This document shows, piece after piece, positions 1 to 9,885 of a stretch of 64,000 nt of DNA (within the stretch, counting starts at the first letter, position 1; the number at the start of each line of letters is the position of its first letter). The position numbers and the translations under genes are program-made. The notes beneath the pieces were generated by a model. It was not told the DNA's origin. It was given only the letters and a program-made list of their open reading frames with translations, and searched no databases. Origin of the DNA: Erysipelotrichaceae bacterium (lineage in GTDB: Bacteria; Bacillota_I; Bacilli_A; RFN20; CAG-826); assembly GCA_963588055.1 (NCBI GenBank), contig CAVAGB010000009.1:1803-65802 (forward strand). Reading direction: 5' to 3'.

Positions 1-1050
1 TCCCCTTACGCAGGCGCCAAACTCTCCGAAGACGAAGAAGGATATGGCTATTGCACGCAATTCATCGTGCGCTTAGGCAAGAAAGAAGACGGCAAGAAGC
101 CCTTTAAAGAAAGCATCTTCAAGAAATACCTGCTCGATCACGGGAAATCCGTCGTTTTGGTGCAGGACGATGACATCGTCAAAGTCCATGTGCACACCCT
201 CACCCCAGGCAACATGCTCAATTACGCTCAGCAATTCGGCGAATTCGTGACGATCGTCATCGAGAACATGTCCGAGGAGCATAAGAACATCGAGCATGGC
301 ATGATTGCTTACGATGCGAACAATTCCTTGAAGCGCGAAGGAAACGTTAGCGAAGAGGAAGAAGAGGACGATACTCCTTTGCAGGAATTCGGCCTCGTCG
401 CGGTAAGCTCAGGCGATGGCTTGGATGAGCTTTTCAAAGAGCTCGGCGTGAACGTCCTCGTCTCAGGTGGGCAAACGATGAATCCGAGCACCGAAGACTT
501 CGTGAAAGCCATCAAAAAAGCCCACGCGAAGAACGTTTTCCTGCTGCCGAATAACTCCAACATCGTCCTTGCCGCCACCCAGGCGTGCGATGTTTATGAA
601 GACGGGGAAGTGAAGGCGAAAGTCATCCCCAGCAAAACCATTCCTCAAGGGCTTACCGCGGCCATGCGCATCAATCCAGACGGCACGCCCGAAGAGATCT
701 TCGAGGACATGAAGGGGGCGCTGAAAGACGTGCGTTCAGGCTCTGTGACCTACGCAATCAAAGACACCGACATTGAAGGCGTCCATGTCACCAAAGACTT
801 CTATATGGCGATGGAAGACAAGAAGATCGTCTCTTGCGTCAAAGACAAGATCGCGGCTCTCTTCGATCTGCTTGAGCACCTCATCAAAGAAGACACCTCT
901 TCCTTGATGCTCCTTCTAGGCAAGGACGTGACCGAAGAGGAAGAAGCCAAGATCAACGAAGCCGTCTCGGAGAAATACGGCGACCGTCTCGAAACGACTA
1001 TCTATCGCGGCGACCAGCCCGTGTATTCATTCCTCGTCGGAGTCGAATAA
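1..1050 (+). CDS. yloV: YloV-type DAK2-domain protein, C-terminal part (5' end outside the window)
   Basis: Frame 1 is open from base 1 into the listed ORF 67..1050. It contains the blocks VKVHVHTLTPG and SGGQTMNPSTEDF. It lies directly upstream of recG, as in Bacillus. Confidence 0.7.
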   Translation, partial: SPYAGAKLSEDEEGYGYCTQFIVRLGKKEDGKKPFKESIFKKYLLDHGKSVVLVQDDDIVKVHVHTLTPGNMLNYAQQFGEFVTIVIENMSEEHKNIEHGMIAYDANNSLKREGNVSEEEEEDDTPLQEFGLVAVSSGDGLDELFKELGVNVLVSGGQTMNPSTEDFVKAIKKAHAKNVFLLPNNSNIVLAATQACDVYEDGEVKAKVIPSKTIPQGLTAAMRINPDGTPEEIFEDMKGALKDVRSGSVTYAIKDTDIEGVHVTKDFYMAMEDKKIVSCVKDKIAALFDLLEHLIKEDTSSLMLLLGKDVTEEEEAKINEAVSEKYGDRLETTIYRGDQPVYSFLVGVE

Positions 1051-1058
1051 GACAAATT

Positions 1059-1079
1059 AACGGCCTTGAGCCGTTTTTT
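1059..1079 (+). terminator. Rho-independent terminator after yloV
   Basis: Stem AACGGC / GCCGTT with loop CTTGA, followed by TTTTTT. Confidence 0.6.
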
Positions 1080-1108
1080 CTTCGCCCTCCTTGCCTTAAA
1101 ATTCCTTC

Positions 1109-3106
1109 ATGAGCTTCCTCACCGGTTCAAAACGGATCGCCGCCTATCTCGAAGAGATGGGAATCTCTTCTCCGGAAGACGTTTTGTATCACCTTCCTAG
1201 GCGTTACGAGACCTTCCTTTATACCCCTCCTGAGAAACTGATACGTTTGCAGGATAAAGAGAAGGCCGTGATCTATGGCAAAATGATCGGCGGAGCGAGG
1301 ACGCTGCGCTTCCCTAAAGTCACTTCCACCCAATTCATCTTCGAAGGGGAAAGCGGGCAGCAGTTCAAGGTGGTCGCCTGGAATAGGCCCTACCTTCAGA
1401 AATGGCTCTCTGAGAACGAATTCTTCACCATCAAAGCGAGCTACGACGCCTCTAGGCATGAGATGAATCTCCTCTCCTTTAAAAAGGGGAGAATCAAAGA
1501 AGAGGACGCTTTCGTGCCTTGCTATTCCTTGCCTGAAGGTTATCCAGAACATCTTTTCCGGGAACTTGTTTTGAAGTGCTTTGAAAAGAAAAGAGGGGGG
1601 ATTTGCGAGGTTTTACCAACTTTTTACCGTCAAAAGTACCGTCTTTTGAGCAAAGAGGAAGCTTTGTATCGCTGCCACTTCCCCCATTCGGAAGAAGACA
1701 TCCGCCAAGGCAGAAGGACCCTTAAATACGAGGAGGCGCTGCTCTTCTGCTTGAAGAACGCTTTGATAAGAAAGGCAAACCAAGCTTGCTTTATCTCCTC
1801 TAAAGAGAAAGTGGACCGCCCCGCTTTGCGAAGCTTCGTTCATGCTCTCCCTTATTCCCTTACCTCCGCTCAAAAGAAGGCGGTGGCGGAATGCCTAGAC
1901 GACATGGAGAAGCCAAATCTGATGTACCGTTTGCTGCAAGGGGACGTGGGCTCAGGGAAGACGATGGTGGCTTCTCTCCTTCTTTTCGCCAACGCCACGC
2001 GAGGTTGCCAAGGCGCTTTGATGGCGCCGACCGAGACCCTCGCCAAGCAGCATTGCGAGAACCTGAAGGAATTCTTCTCCTCCACCCCGTATGAAGTCGT
2101 GTTGCTTTCTGGCGAGATCAAAGGGGCGGACAGGAAAGAAACTTTGAAGAAGATAAACTCAGGGGAAGCCTCGATTGTCGTAGGCACCCATTCCCTGTTC
2201 TCCAGCGACGTGCATTACAAAGCGCTTGGCTTGGCCGTGATCGACGAGCAACACAAGTTCGGCGTGAACCAAAGGGCGCTATTGCAGGAAAAGGGCGATT
2301 CTTGCGACCTCTTGTTGATGTCCGCCACCCCGATTCCTAGGACGTTGTCTCTATCTCTATACGGGGATTTGGACGTCTCGATTTTGGATGAGTTCCCCTG
2401 TGGGGAGAAGCATATCGTCACCAAAGCTTTGCCTCTTGCCTCAAGAGCCCCTTTCCGGATGGTCAAAAGGGCGCTTCAAGCAAATAGGGAAGTCTATGTC
2501 GTCGCTCCGCAGATAGAAGGCGATGACCTTTCTTCGGTGAAGAAGGTATTCGCCATGTATGAGGAAAGATTCCCCGGGAAAGCGGTCATGCTCCATGGGG
2601 CGATGAGCGATGAAGAGAAGGAGGCCGCCATACTTTCCTTCAAGATGGGGCTTTGCCCGATCCTCGTCGCGACGAGCGTGGTGGAAGTAGGAATCGACGT
2701 CAAAAACGCTTCTTTGATGATCATATATAGTGCCTCCCACTTTGCTCTTTCCTCCTTGCATCAGCTGCGCGGACGAGTAGGGAGAGATGGAAAAGGGGCC
2801 ATGTGCTTGTTGCTCGATGACCAGAAAGAAGAGAATGCCATTACCAAAATCGAGGCGATGACGAGCACCTTAGATGGCTTCAAAATCGCGGAAGAGGATT
2901 TAAAGATGAGAGGACCAGGCACTTGGGCTGGCATCAAACAAAGCGGCCTTCCTGACTTCCTTTTTCTGAATTTGATTGACGATTCCTCCATCCTCTCCTG
3001 CGCTAGGGAGGACGCGAAGGAGATCCTCGCAAACCCCGATGGAGAAGGCAATTCTTCCCTTATTAGGGAAGCCCGCGCGGCGATGGAGGGAATTTCTTTG
3101 GCTTAA
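1109..3106 (+). CDS. recG: ATP-dependent DNA helicase RecG
   Basis: 665 aa with Walker A GDVGSGKTMVA, DEQH box VIDEQHKFGV and motif VI HQLRGRVGRDG. Confidence 0.9.
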   Translation: MSFLTGSKRIAAYLEEMGISSPEDVLYHLPRRYETFLYTPPEKLIRLQDKEKAVIYGKMIGGARTLRFPKVTSTQFIFEGESGQQFKVVAWNRPYLQKWLSENEFFTIKASYDASRHEMNLLSFKKGRIKEEDAFVPCYSLPEGYPEHLFRELVLKCFEKKRGGICEVLPTFYRQKYRLLSKEEALYRCHFPHSEEDIRQGRRTLKYEEALLFCLKNALIRKANQACFISSKEKVDRPALRSFVHALPYSLTSAQKKAVAECLDDMEKPNLMYRLLQGDVGSGKTMVASLLLFANATRGCQGALMAPTETLAKQHCENLKEFFSSTPYEVVLLSGEIKGADRKETLKKINSGEASIVVGTHSLFSSDVHYKALGLAVIDEQHKFGVNQRALLQEKGDSCDLLLMSATPIPRTLSLSLYGDLDVSILDEFPCGEKHIVTKALPLASRAPFRMVKRALQANREVYVVAPQIEGDDLSSVKKVFAMYEERFPGKAVMLHGAMSDEEKEAAILSFKMGLCPILVATSVVEVGIDVKNASLMIIYSASHFALSSLHQLRGRVGRDGKGAMCLLLDDQKEENAITKIEAMTSTLDGFKIAEEDLKMRGPGTWAGIKQSGLPDFLFLNLIDDSSILSCAREDAKEILANPDGEGNSSLIREARAAMEGISLA

Positions 3107-3145
3107 ATCAACTAGCCTATAGCGTTTTAGTCTATACTTAGCCAC

Positions 3146-3841
3146 GTGAGCAGCGAGTACAACGATCTCTATCGCTCCTTCAAGATCTTGCCGCACAACG
3201 AGGAGCTCTATCGCCTTGCCTTCACCCATTCTTCCTACAACGGAATGGCGGGCACCAGGCACCAGGATTACGAACGCCTGGAGTTTTTGGGCGACTCGAT
3301 CGTCGGCTTCGTCACCAGCGAGCTTTGCTATCGCTACCATCCTGACATGGAGCAAGGCAACCTCTCGATCCTCCGCGCCCAGTTCATCCGGACTGAGTCC
3401 GAAGCGAGGTATTGCGTGAAGCTTGGCTTGGACAAATACATCAAAGTCGGCGCGAGCTTCGCAAAAGCCGCCAAAGACAGCACCTCTTTGCTTGAAGACG
3501 TCTTCGAATCCTTCATCGGCGCCGTCTACCTCGACCAAGGGTTGGATTTCACTTATGCGATGGTGAGAAGCATATTCGAAGATGACATCAAAGGGGCGGT
3601 GATCAATAACCGCATCAATCCCAAGAGCGCTTTGCAGGAAGCGATGCAGGCCGAAAGCAAAGTCAGCGTCACTTACCGCATCCTGGGCGAAATTGGCTCA
3701 GGCGAAGAGAAGCGTTTCATCGCCGCGGTCTATTTCGAAGGGACGGAAATCGGGCGAGGCGAGGGCAGGAATAAGAAAGCCGCGGAGACGCAGGCGGCCG
3801 CCAGCGCATTGGAGAAGATGTCCCTTCCGAAGGAGTTATGA
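3146..3841 (+). CDS. rnc: Ribonuclease III
   Basis: RNase III signature ERLEFLGDSIVG plus a C-terminal dsRBD-like region. GTG start. Confidence 0.9.
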   Translation: MSSEYNDLYRSFKILPHNEELYRLAFTHSSYNGMAGTRHQDYERLEFLGDSIVGFVTSELCYRYHPDMEQGNLSILRAQFIRTESEARYCVKLGLDKYIKVGASFAKAAKDSTSLLEDVFESFIGAVYLDQGLDFTYAMVRSIFEDDIKGAVINNRINPKSALQEAMQAESKVSVTYRILGEIGSGEEKRFIAAVYFEGTEIGRGEGRNKKAAETQAAASALEKMSLPKEL

Positions 3842-4863
3842 GCATGGGTCTATTTTCGTTTTTGAAGAACAAATTCACCAAGAAGGACGAAGGGAGCAAA
3901 TCCGAGAAAGCCAAGCAGGAAGAGAAGTCCTTGGACTCCTATTCCAAAGGCATGGAGAAAAGCCGCAAGAACTTCGCTTCGCGCCTTGATGAGCTTTCTA
4001 AGCGCTATGCGAAGGTCAATGAGGAATATTTCGAAGAACTTGAGCAAATCCTCATCGAAAGCGATGTGGGCGTTGAGCTTTCTTTGCGTCTCATCGAAGA
4101 GCTTCTAAGCGAAACCGCCAAATCCAAGATCAGCGAGCCCAAAGAGATCAACGAGCTCCTGGCCGACAAGATGTTCGTCGGCTATGCGACGAGTGGGGAA
4201 TCCATCCAAAACGAGCTGCATTTCCAAAAGGAAGGCGCGACCGTTTTGCTTGTCTGCGGCGTGAATGGCGTAGGCAAAACCACGACGATCGCCAAGCTCG
4301 CCTACCGTTACATCCATCAAGGGAAGAAAGTCCTTTTGGTGGCGGGCGATACTTTTAGGGCAGGAGCGGTGGAACAACTAAAAACCTGGGCCAGCCGCCT
4401 TGACTGCCCCATCATCACAGGCAAACCGGACAGCGATCCTGCCTCGGTGGCGTATGAAGGCGCGGTGTACGCCAAAAACAACGGAACCGACCTCATGATC
4501 GTCGATACGGCAGGGCGCCAGCAAACCAAAACCAACCTCATGCAGGAGCTTTCTAAGATCTCCCGCGTCCTTTCCAAAGAGATTCCGGGAGCCCCGCACG
4601 AGGCTTTCTTGATCCTCGATGCGACGACTGGGCAAAACGGAGTTCTGCAGGCTGCCTCCTTCAAAGACGCCTGCCCCCTCAGCGGCATCGTCGTCACCAA
4701 GATGGATGGCACCTCGAAGGGAGGCATCATCCTCTCGATCCGCGACACCTTTGGACTCCCCGTGCGTTTCATCGGCTTGGGCGAGAAGATGGAGGACCTT
4801 CAGGAGTTCGACCTCGATAAGTATCTCTATGGGTTGCTTTTAGGAGAGAAAGCAGATGAATGA
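3838..4863 (+). CDS. ftsY: Signal recognition particle receptor FtsY
   Basis: SRP GTPase motifs GVNGVGKTTT, DTAGRQQ and TKMDGTSKGG. The start overlaps the rnc stop. Confidence 0.9.
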   Translation: MSMGLFSFLKNKFTKKDEGSKSEKAKQEEKSLDSYSKGMEKSRKNFASRLDELSKRYAKVNEEYFEELEQILIESDVGVELSLRLIEELLSETAKSKISEPKEINELLADKMFVGYATSGESIQNELHFQKEGATVLLVCGVNGVGKTTTIAKLAYRYIHQGKKVLLVAGDTFRAGAVEQLKTWASRLDCPIITGKPDSDPASVAYEGAVYAKNNGTDLMIVDTAGRQQTKTNLMQELSKISRVLSKEIPGAPHEAFLILDATTGQNGVLQAASFKDACPLSGIVVTKMDGTSKGGIILSIRDTFGLPVRFIGLGEKMEDLQEFDLDKYLYGLLLGEKADE

Positions 4864-5197
4864 GGACGCTCTTTCTTCACGCGACCGCGTCGTCTCCCTT
4901 CTGGAGGTCTACGAAACTCTTTTGACCGAGAAGCAGCGCGAGATCATGGACGACTATTACCGTTACGACCTCTCCCTCAGCGAGATCGCGGATGCGCGGA
5001 ACATCTCCAGGGCAGGGGCCTACGACGCGATTAAGAAATCCATCGACAAGCTTGAGGAATTCGAAGGGAATCTCCTTCTAATTCAGAAAAAAAGGGACCT
5101 TTGCGGCGAAATTAAGAAAATCGAAGAGCTGAAAGACGAGAAAAAGATTCTCGAAGGATATCGGAATCTTGGAAAGGAACTGACCCATGGCATTTGA
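4856..5197 (+). CDS. ylxM: YlxM/UPF0122 helix-turn-helix protein of the ffh operon
   Basis: 113 aa with the HTH LSLSEIADARNISRAGAYDAIKK. It occupies the conserved position between ftsY and ffh. Confidence 0.75.
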   Translation: MNEDALSSRDRVVSLLEVYETLLTEKQREIMDDYYRYDLSLSEIADARNISRAGAYDAIKKSIDKLEEFEGNLLLIQKKRDLCGEIKKIEELKDEKKILEGYRNLGKELTHGI

Positions 5198-6521
5198 ATC
5201 GTTAAGCGATCGCTTCTCCTCCATCTTCAAGAAGATGAGGGGACAAGCCACTCTGACTGAGAAAAACATGGACGACATGCTCAAGGAGATCCGCGTCGCC
5301 TTGCTTGAGGCGGACGTGAATTTCAAAGTCGTCAAGAACTTCATCAATGACGTCAAAGAGAAAGCCATCGGCGCGGAGGTCTTCAAGAAAGTCGATCCTT
5401 CGCAGATGGTCGTCAAGATCGTCCATGATGAGATCCAGGAGCTTCTAGGCGCCGATCAGACTGAACTCCATCTTAGCTCCACCCTCACGACCATCATGCT
5501 CGTCGGATTGCAGGGCACTGGCAAAACCACGACCGCCGGCAAATTGGCGAATCTCTTCAAGAACAAGCAAAACAAGAAAGTGATGCTTGGGGCGCTAGAC
5601 GTCTATCGTCCCGCGGCCATCGACCAGCTTCATCAGCTCGCCGACCAACTTGGCATCGAATTCTTCTCCATGGGCACCGAAGACCCCGTGAAAATTGCCA
5701 AAGCCGCTCAGCAGAAAGCCAGAGAGACCGGAATCGACATTTTGATTTTGGATACCGCGGGCCGTCTCCAAATTGACGAAGCCCTGATGGAGGAACTCAA
5801 GAGCATCAACCACGAAGTCCATCCAGACGAAGTCCTTCTTTTGGTGGATGCCGCCTCAGGCCAAGACGCGGTGAATGTCGCCAATGCTTTCAACAAAGAC
5901 CTCCGCCTCACCGGCGTCATCATGTCCAAACTCGATGGCGACGCTAGAGGCGGCGCAGCCCTCTCAATTAAGTATCTGACTGGTCTTCCGATCAAATTCG
6001 CCGGCGTCGGCGAGAAGATGGACGACTTGGAGGTTTTCCATCCCGACCGCATGGCCGATCGCATCCTCGGGATGGGCGACATCGTCACCCTCGTTGAGAA
6101 AGCGAAAGAGAGCATCGACGAGAAAGAAGCCGAGAAAGCGGCGAAGAAGATGATGGACGGAGACTTCACGCTTGAGGATATGCTTAAGCAAATGAAGCAG
6201 GTCCAGAAGATCGGCTCATTGGGCGCCATCGCCAAGCTCATTCCCGGCATGCCGAAGCTCAGCGATGAGCAGAAAGCTGCCGCCGAGAAGGAAATGAAGG
6301 TCTTCGAGGCGGTCGTCAATTCCATGACCCCGTATGAGAGAAGGCATCCTGAGACCCTGCGTTATTCCCATAAGAACCGCATCGCCAAGGGATCGGGCCT
6401 CACCAACGCCGACATCAATCGCGTCATCCGCAAATACGATCAATCCAAAGAGATGATGAAGCAGGTCAAGCAATATCAGAAATCCGGGAAGATGCCCAAG
6501 AACTTTGGGGGCTATCGCTGA
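5187..6521 (+). CDS. ffh: Signal recognition particle protein Ffh
   Basis: Motifs GLQGTGKTTT, DTAGRLQ and SKLDGDARGG, followed by a Met-rich M domain. Confidence 0.95.
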   Translation: MAFESLSDRFSSIFKKMRGQATLTEKNMDDMLKEIRVALLEADVNFKVVKNFINDVKEKAIGAEVFKKVDPSQMVVKIVHDEIQELLGADQTELHLSSTLTTIMLVGLQGTGKTTTAGKLANLFKNKQNKKVMLGALDVYRPAAIDQLHQLADQLGIEFFSMGTEDPVKIAKAAQQKARETGIDILILDTAGRLQIDEALMEELKSINHEVHPDEVLLLVDAASGQDAVNVANAFNKDLRLTGVIMSKLDGDARGGAALSIKYLTGLPIKFAGVGEKMDDLEVFHPDRMADRILGMGDIVTLVEKAKESIDEKEAEKAAKKMMDGDFTLEDMLKQMKQVQKIGSLGAIAKLIPGMPKLSDEQKAAAEKEMKVFEAVVNSMTPYERRHPETLRYSHKNRIAKGSGLTNADINRVIRKYDQSKEMMKQVKQYQKSGKMPKNFGGYR

Positions 6522-6541
6522 TTTAGCAAGGGAGGTCTCAT

Positions 6542-8404
6542 ATGGCAGATGAAATTCTCTATCGTCCGCGCGAACTGTTCCAGACACAGTTGAAAGGCGC
6601 TTATCACAAGTGCGCGGAGGAATATTTCGACAAACTGACCAAAGAATCGAAGGTCAATACGGAAGCCAACGCGCTGCACGTTAAGGAATACAACAAACGG
6701 AAAGCCGAGGAAGAGGAACTCCAAAAGAGCGCTTCTTCCGCGCGCGGTCTGAAGGCTTTCGTGATCGTGATGATGATCATTCTCTTCGTCGTCGGCTCGA
6801 TCGTCGGTCTCGTCGGGATCTTCAACGCTTCGTCCATGTGGTACCTCATTCTGATTGGGGTGCTTGCCATTGGCGGAGGCATCGCGCTTGCCGTGGTGTT
6901 GGCGAAGAAAATCGCAAAGGTAGTGGAAGAGAGGGAAAAAGCGCTGCAAAAAGCCCAGGAAGAAACCAAAAAGGCATTGCAGGTTTGTTATGCCGACATG
7001 GCTCCGCTGAACGCTTCCTTTGATTGGAATGCCCCCTGCGCCATCATGGAGAAGGCGACTCCCATCATCGATTTGGATCCGGTTTTCACCCCTGAGCGCT
7101 TTTGCTACCTTCGCGACAAATTCGGCTTCAAGGAAGAGAAAGATCCTCACGTCACCGTTTTAGGAGCCATCTCGGGAAACATCCAAGGCAATCCCTTCAT
7201 CATGGAAAAGATCCTGACCGAGCATACCGGCAATAAGACCTACACCGGCTCCATCACCATCACCTGGACGACGACCTATCGCGATAAGAACGGCACGCAT
7301 ACCCAAACTCATTCGCAGGTTCTGAGCGCGAGCATCCAGCGCCCCGCCCCTTTCTACCGCACCGACGTCCGTTTGATCTACGGCAACGAAGCGGCTCCTA
7401 GGCTCCACTTTTCTCGCACCCCATTTGGCGCGGACAAAATGAGCGAGAAGGAAAGGGACAAAGCCGCCACTAAAGGAATGAAAGAGCTGCGCAAACTGTC
7501 GGAAGAGCAGCTCTCCAAAGGGGCGAAGCACGTCATCACCCCGATGGGCAACGACCATTTCGATGTCTTCTTCGGAGCGAGTGATCGCGATGATGAAGCG
7601 CAGTTCCGCTTGCTCTACACGCCCCTTGCCCAGAAGAACATCCTCGACCTTATTGAGAATTCCTCTCCCTATGGGGATGATTTCGTCATGGTTAAGGATG
7701 GCATGGTCAATTCCATCGCCTCAGCTCATTCCCAACGCTTCGACTATTCGGCGAACCCAGAGATTTTCATGGGATATGATTGGGTGGATATGAAAGCCAC
7801 TTTCGTGACCTATTGCGACACCTACATTCGTTCTCTCTTCTTTGATTTGGCGCCTCTCCTTTCCGTGCCTCTATATCAAATGCATAAGCCTCATGAATAC
7901 ATTTACGGGGGTTTTGCGTCGAATTTGACCTCGTTCGAACATGAAATCATGGCCAACGGCATGCCTCCTTCTTGCTTCCGCCCGGAGGAAGCCGCCGATG
8001 ATCTGCCTCTTATCATCAAAGATCTCGGTAGCCGCAAAGTCGGAGGGAGCGACGAAGTTCTCCTCTCGGCCTATTCCTTCAAGGAGACCCCTATGGTGGA
8101 GTATGTGACTAAGCTTGGAGGGGATGGCCGCATGCATGACATCCCCATCCATTGGATCCAATACGACCTTGTCAGCAAGAAGTCTTCCATCGGCGTCAAA
8201 AACGTCAAGGGAAGCCGTAAGGACTTCCTGGAGAAGGAGGCGGATAAGTCGCTTGGACTATCCCATGCTTATTTTGAGCGTGGCTTGCTTGCTTTCCTGC
8301 TCGCGGGCTCATTGTCCGAAAGCGTTGATTCTAGGATAGGCAATCTTTTCACAAAGGCCAAAACGGATGATAATAAAGACGCCCAAAATCCCAAGGAGGA
8401 ATAA
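6542..8404 (+). CDS. Hypothetical membrane protein with an N-terminal coiled region, two TM helices and a large C-terminal domain of about 470 aa
   Basis: 620-aa ORF with a strong SD (AGGGAGG) 20 nt after the ffh stop. Hydrophobic segments are FVIVMMIILFVVGSIVGLVGIF and WYLILIGVLAIGGGIALAVVLA. I recognise no catalytic motif. Confidence 0.6.
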   Translation: MADEILYRPRELFQTQLKGAYHKCAEEYFDKLTKESKVNTEANALHVKEYNKRKAEEEELQKSASSARGLKAFVIVMMIILFVVGSIVGLVGIFNASSMWYLILIGVLAIGGGIALAVVLAKKIAKVVEEREKALQKAQEETKKALQVCYADMAPLNASFDWNAPCAIMEKATPIIDLDPVFTPERFCYLRDKFGFKEEKDPHVTVLGAISGNIQGNPFIMEKILTEHTGNKTYTGSITITWTTTYRDKNGTHTQTHSQVLSASIQRPAPFYRTDVRLIYGNEAAPRLHFSRTPFGADKMSEKERDKAATKGMKELRKLSEEQLSKGAKHVITPMGNDHFDVFFGASDRDDEAQFRLLYTPLAQKNILDLIENSSPYGDDFVMVKDGMVNSIASAHSQRFDYSANPEIFMGYDWVDMKATFVTYCDTYIRSLFFDLAPLLSVPLYQMHKPHEYIYGGFASNLTSFEHEIMANGMPPSCFRPEEAADDLPLIIKDLGSRKVGGSDEVLLSAYSFKETPMVEYVTKLGGDGRMHDIPIHWIQYDLVSKKSSIGVKNVKGSRKDFLEKEADKSLGLSHAYFERGLLAFLLAGSLSESVDSRIGNLFTKAKTDDNKDAQNPKEE

Positions 8405-8406
8405 CT

Positions 8407-9069
8407 ATGGCAAATGAATTAGACGAAATGACCGGCCCGGTCAATGAAGCAGGGCGCGACATCCACGTCATCGAGAAGCAAATCCCCGTCAAGACGGACT
8501 GGAAGAGCACGCTTTTCCAGATCGTCCTTTGGTGCCTCGCCATCATCCCCGGCATCGTCTTCGCGGTGATGAAGATCAAAGCGAGGAGCTATCTCCAGCA
8601 GCTTCAGCAGAAGATCCAGCATGACGCATCCACGATTGACAACTATCAGACTCAGAGGGTCGTCATTCTTCAGAACGCTGCCAAACTGCTTGATAAGTCC
8701 ATCGATCTCGACAAGTCGACCTTCACTGAGCTCGCCAAGTATCGTTCTGGCAATTTGAGCGACACCGATCGCAACGAGCTCCAAAGCAAACTCGAGAACA
8801 TCAGCAACAAGATCAACATCGCCTTCGAGAACTACCCTGATCTTAAGGCTCATCAGACCTTGGCTGACTGCATGCAGCAGAACTCCTACCTCCAGCAGGA
8901 GATCACCGCTGCCCGCGAAGCCTATAACGACACGGTTATGCAATGGAACACCGTGATCTTCGAATGGCCGACCAAGATGATCGTCGCTGCCAAAGCCGGC
9001 TACACCACCCGCATCCCCTTCACCGCTTCCAAAGAGATGAAGGAAAAGAGTGAGTCCGTCCTCTTCTAA
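8407..9069 (+). CDS. lemA: LemA family membrane protein
   Basis: One N-terminal TM helix and LemA-like C-terminal blocks ENYPDLKAHQ and AREAYNDTVMQWN. It starts 3 nt after the preceding gene. Confidence 0.7.
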   Translation: MANELDEMTGPVNEAGRDIHVIEKQIPVKTDWKSTLFQIVLWCLAIIPGIVFAVMKIKARSYLQQLQQKIQHDASTIDNYQTQRVVILQNAAKLLDKSIDLDKSTFTELAKYRSGNLSDTDRNELQSKLENISNKINIAFENYPDLKAHQTLADCMQQNSYLQQEITAAREAYNDTVMQWNTVIFEWPTKMIVAAKAGYTTRIPFTASKEMKEKSESVLF

Positions 9070-9091
9070 CGGCCCTCTAGAAACGAATAAA

Positions 9092-9114
9092 GGCCACCGC
9101 GCGGTGGCCTTTTA
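9092..9114. terminator. Bidirectional terminator between convergent lemA and trmD
   Basis: 18-bp perfect palindrome GGCCACCGCGCGGTGGCC, flanked by AATAAA on one side and TTTTA on the other. Confidence 0.6.
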
Positions 9115-9885
9115 ATGTTTGATGAACTTCTTCCCTTTCTCCAAGGCTTGGCTTTCCCATTTGGGGGTTTCGCCCGAATCGTATTCCGCTAGAAGTTTCT
9201 TGTCTTGCTTCGTCAAAGCGAGTTTGTCGAAGAGGTCTGGGCGGTGCTCCCTAGTTAGGACAAGGGACTGCTTCCTCCGCCACTTGGTGATCGCCTCGTG
9301 GTTGCCGCAATAGAGAATGTCCGGCACAGTCATGCCCTCGTAATCATAGGGCTCTGTGTATTGGGGGTATTCCAAGAGATCGTTGTTGAATGATTCATCC
9401 GTCAAAGACTCTTTCGTGATCGCCCCATCCAGCAAGCGAATGACGGAATCGGCTATCGCCATGGCGGGGATCTCTCCGCCGGTCAGAACGTAATCGCCGA
9501 TGGAAATCAGTTCATCGCAATAGGAATTCACGCGCTCGTCTATTCCCTCATAATGGCCGCAAATAATGACCAAATCATCCAAAAGAGCGAACTTTTGCGC
9601 CGTTTTTTGATCGTATGTATGCCCCCTGGGTGACATGAGGATCACATGCGAATTCTCTTTTCTATTCGCCTTCAAGGCGTCGACGATCGGCTGGCATTTC
9701 TCAATGAGCCCAGCGCCTCCGCCAATCGGCGGGGTGTCCGTCCTTCCGTATTTGTCCTTCGTGTAGTCGCGGATATTGACTACTTTGATGGTCGCGACCC
9801 CTTTGCCCAAAGCGCGCTTCATGATCGAGTTCGTCGTGAAGCCCGCGAACATTTCGGGGAAGAGAGTGAGGATGGTGATGTTCAT
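9112..9885 (-). CDS. trmD: tRNA (guanine37-N1)-methyltransferase TrmD
   Basis: N-terminus MNITILTLFPEMF and motif PPIGGGAGLI. It follows rimM with a 4-nt overlap. Confidence 0.9.
   Translation of the reverse strand: MNITILTLFPEMFAGFTTNSIMKRALGKGVATIKVVNIRDYTKDKYGRTDTPPIGGGAGLIEKCQPIVDALKANRKENSHVILMSPRGHTYDQKTAQKFALLDDLVIICGHYEGIDERVNSYCDELISIGDYVLTGGEIPAMAIADSVIRLLDGAITKESLTDESFNNDLLEYPQYTEPYDYEGMTVPDILYCGNHEAITKWRRKQSLVLTREHRPDLFDKLALTKQDKKLLAEYDSGETPKWESQALEKGKKFIKH

Noticed and set aside
2900-3538. Long antisense or out-of-frame ORFs inside conserved genes. Examples are 2900..3538 minus, 5708..6325 minus, 6512..7150 minus, 29277..30038 minus, 30084..30941 minus, 31026..31724 minus, 44870..45754 minus, 51161..51793 plus and 52082..52771 plus.
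   Set aside because: Each lies opposite, or out of frame with, a gene whose product carries unmistakable conserved motifs. Their translations are low-complexity (Arg/Ala/Ser/Gly-rich), as expected from shadow frames at about 50% GC. No SD or promoter is evident.
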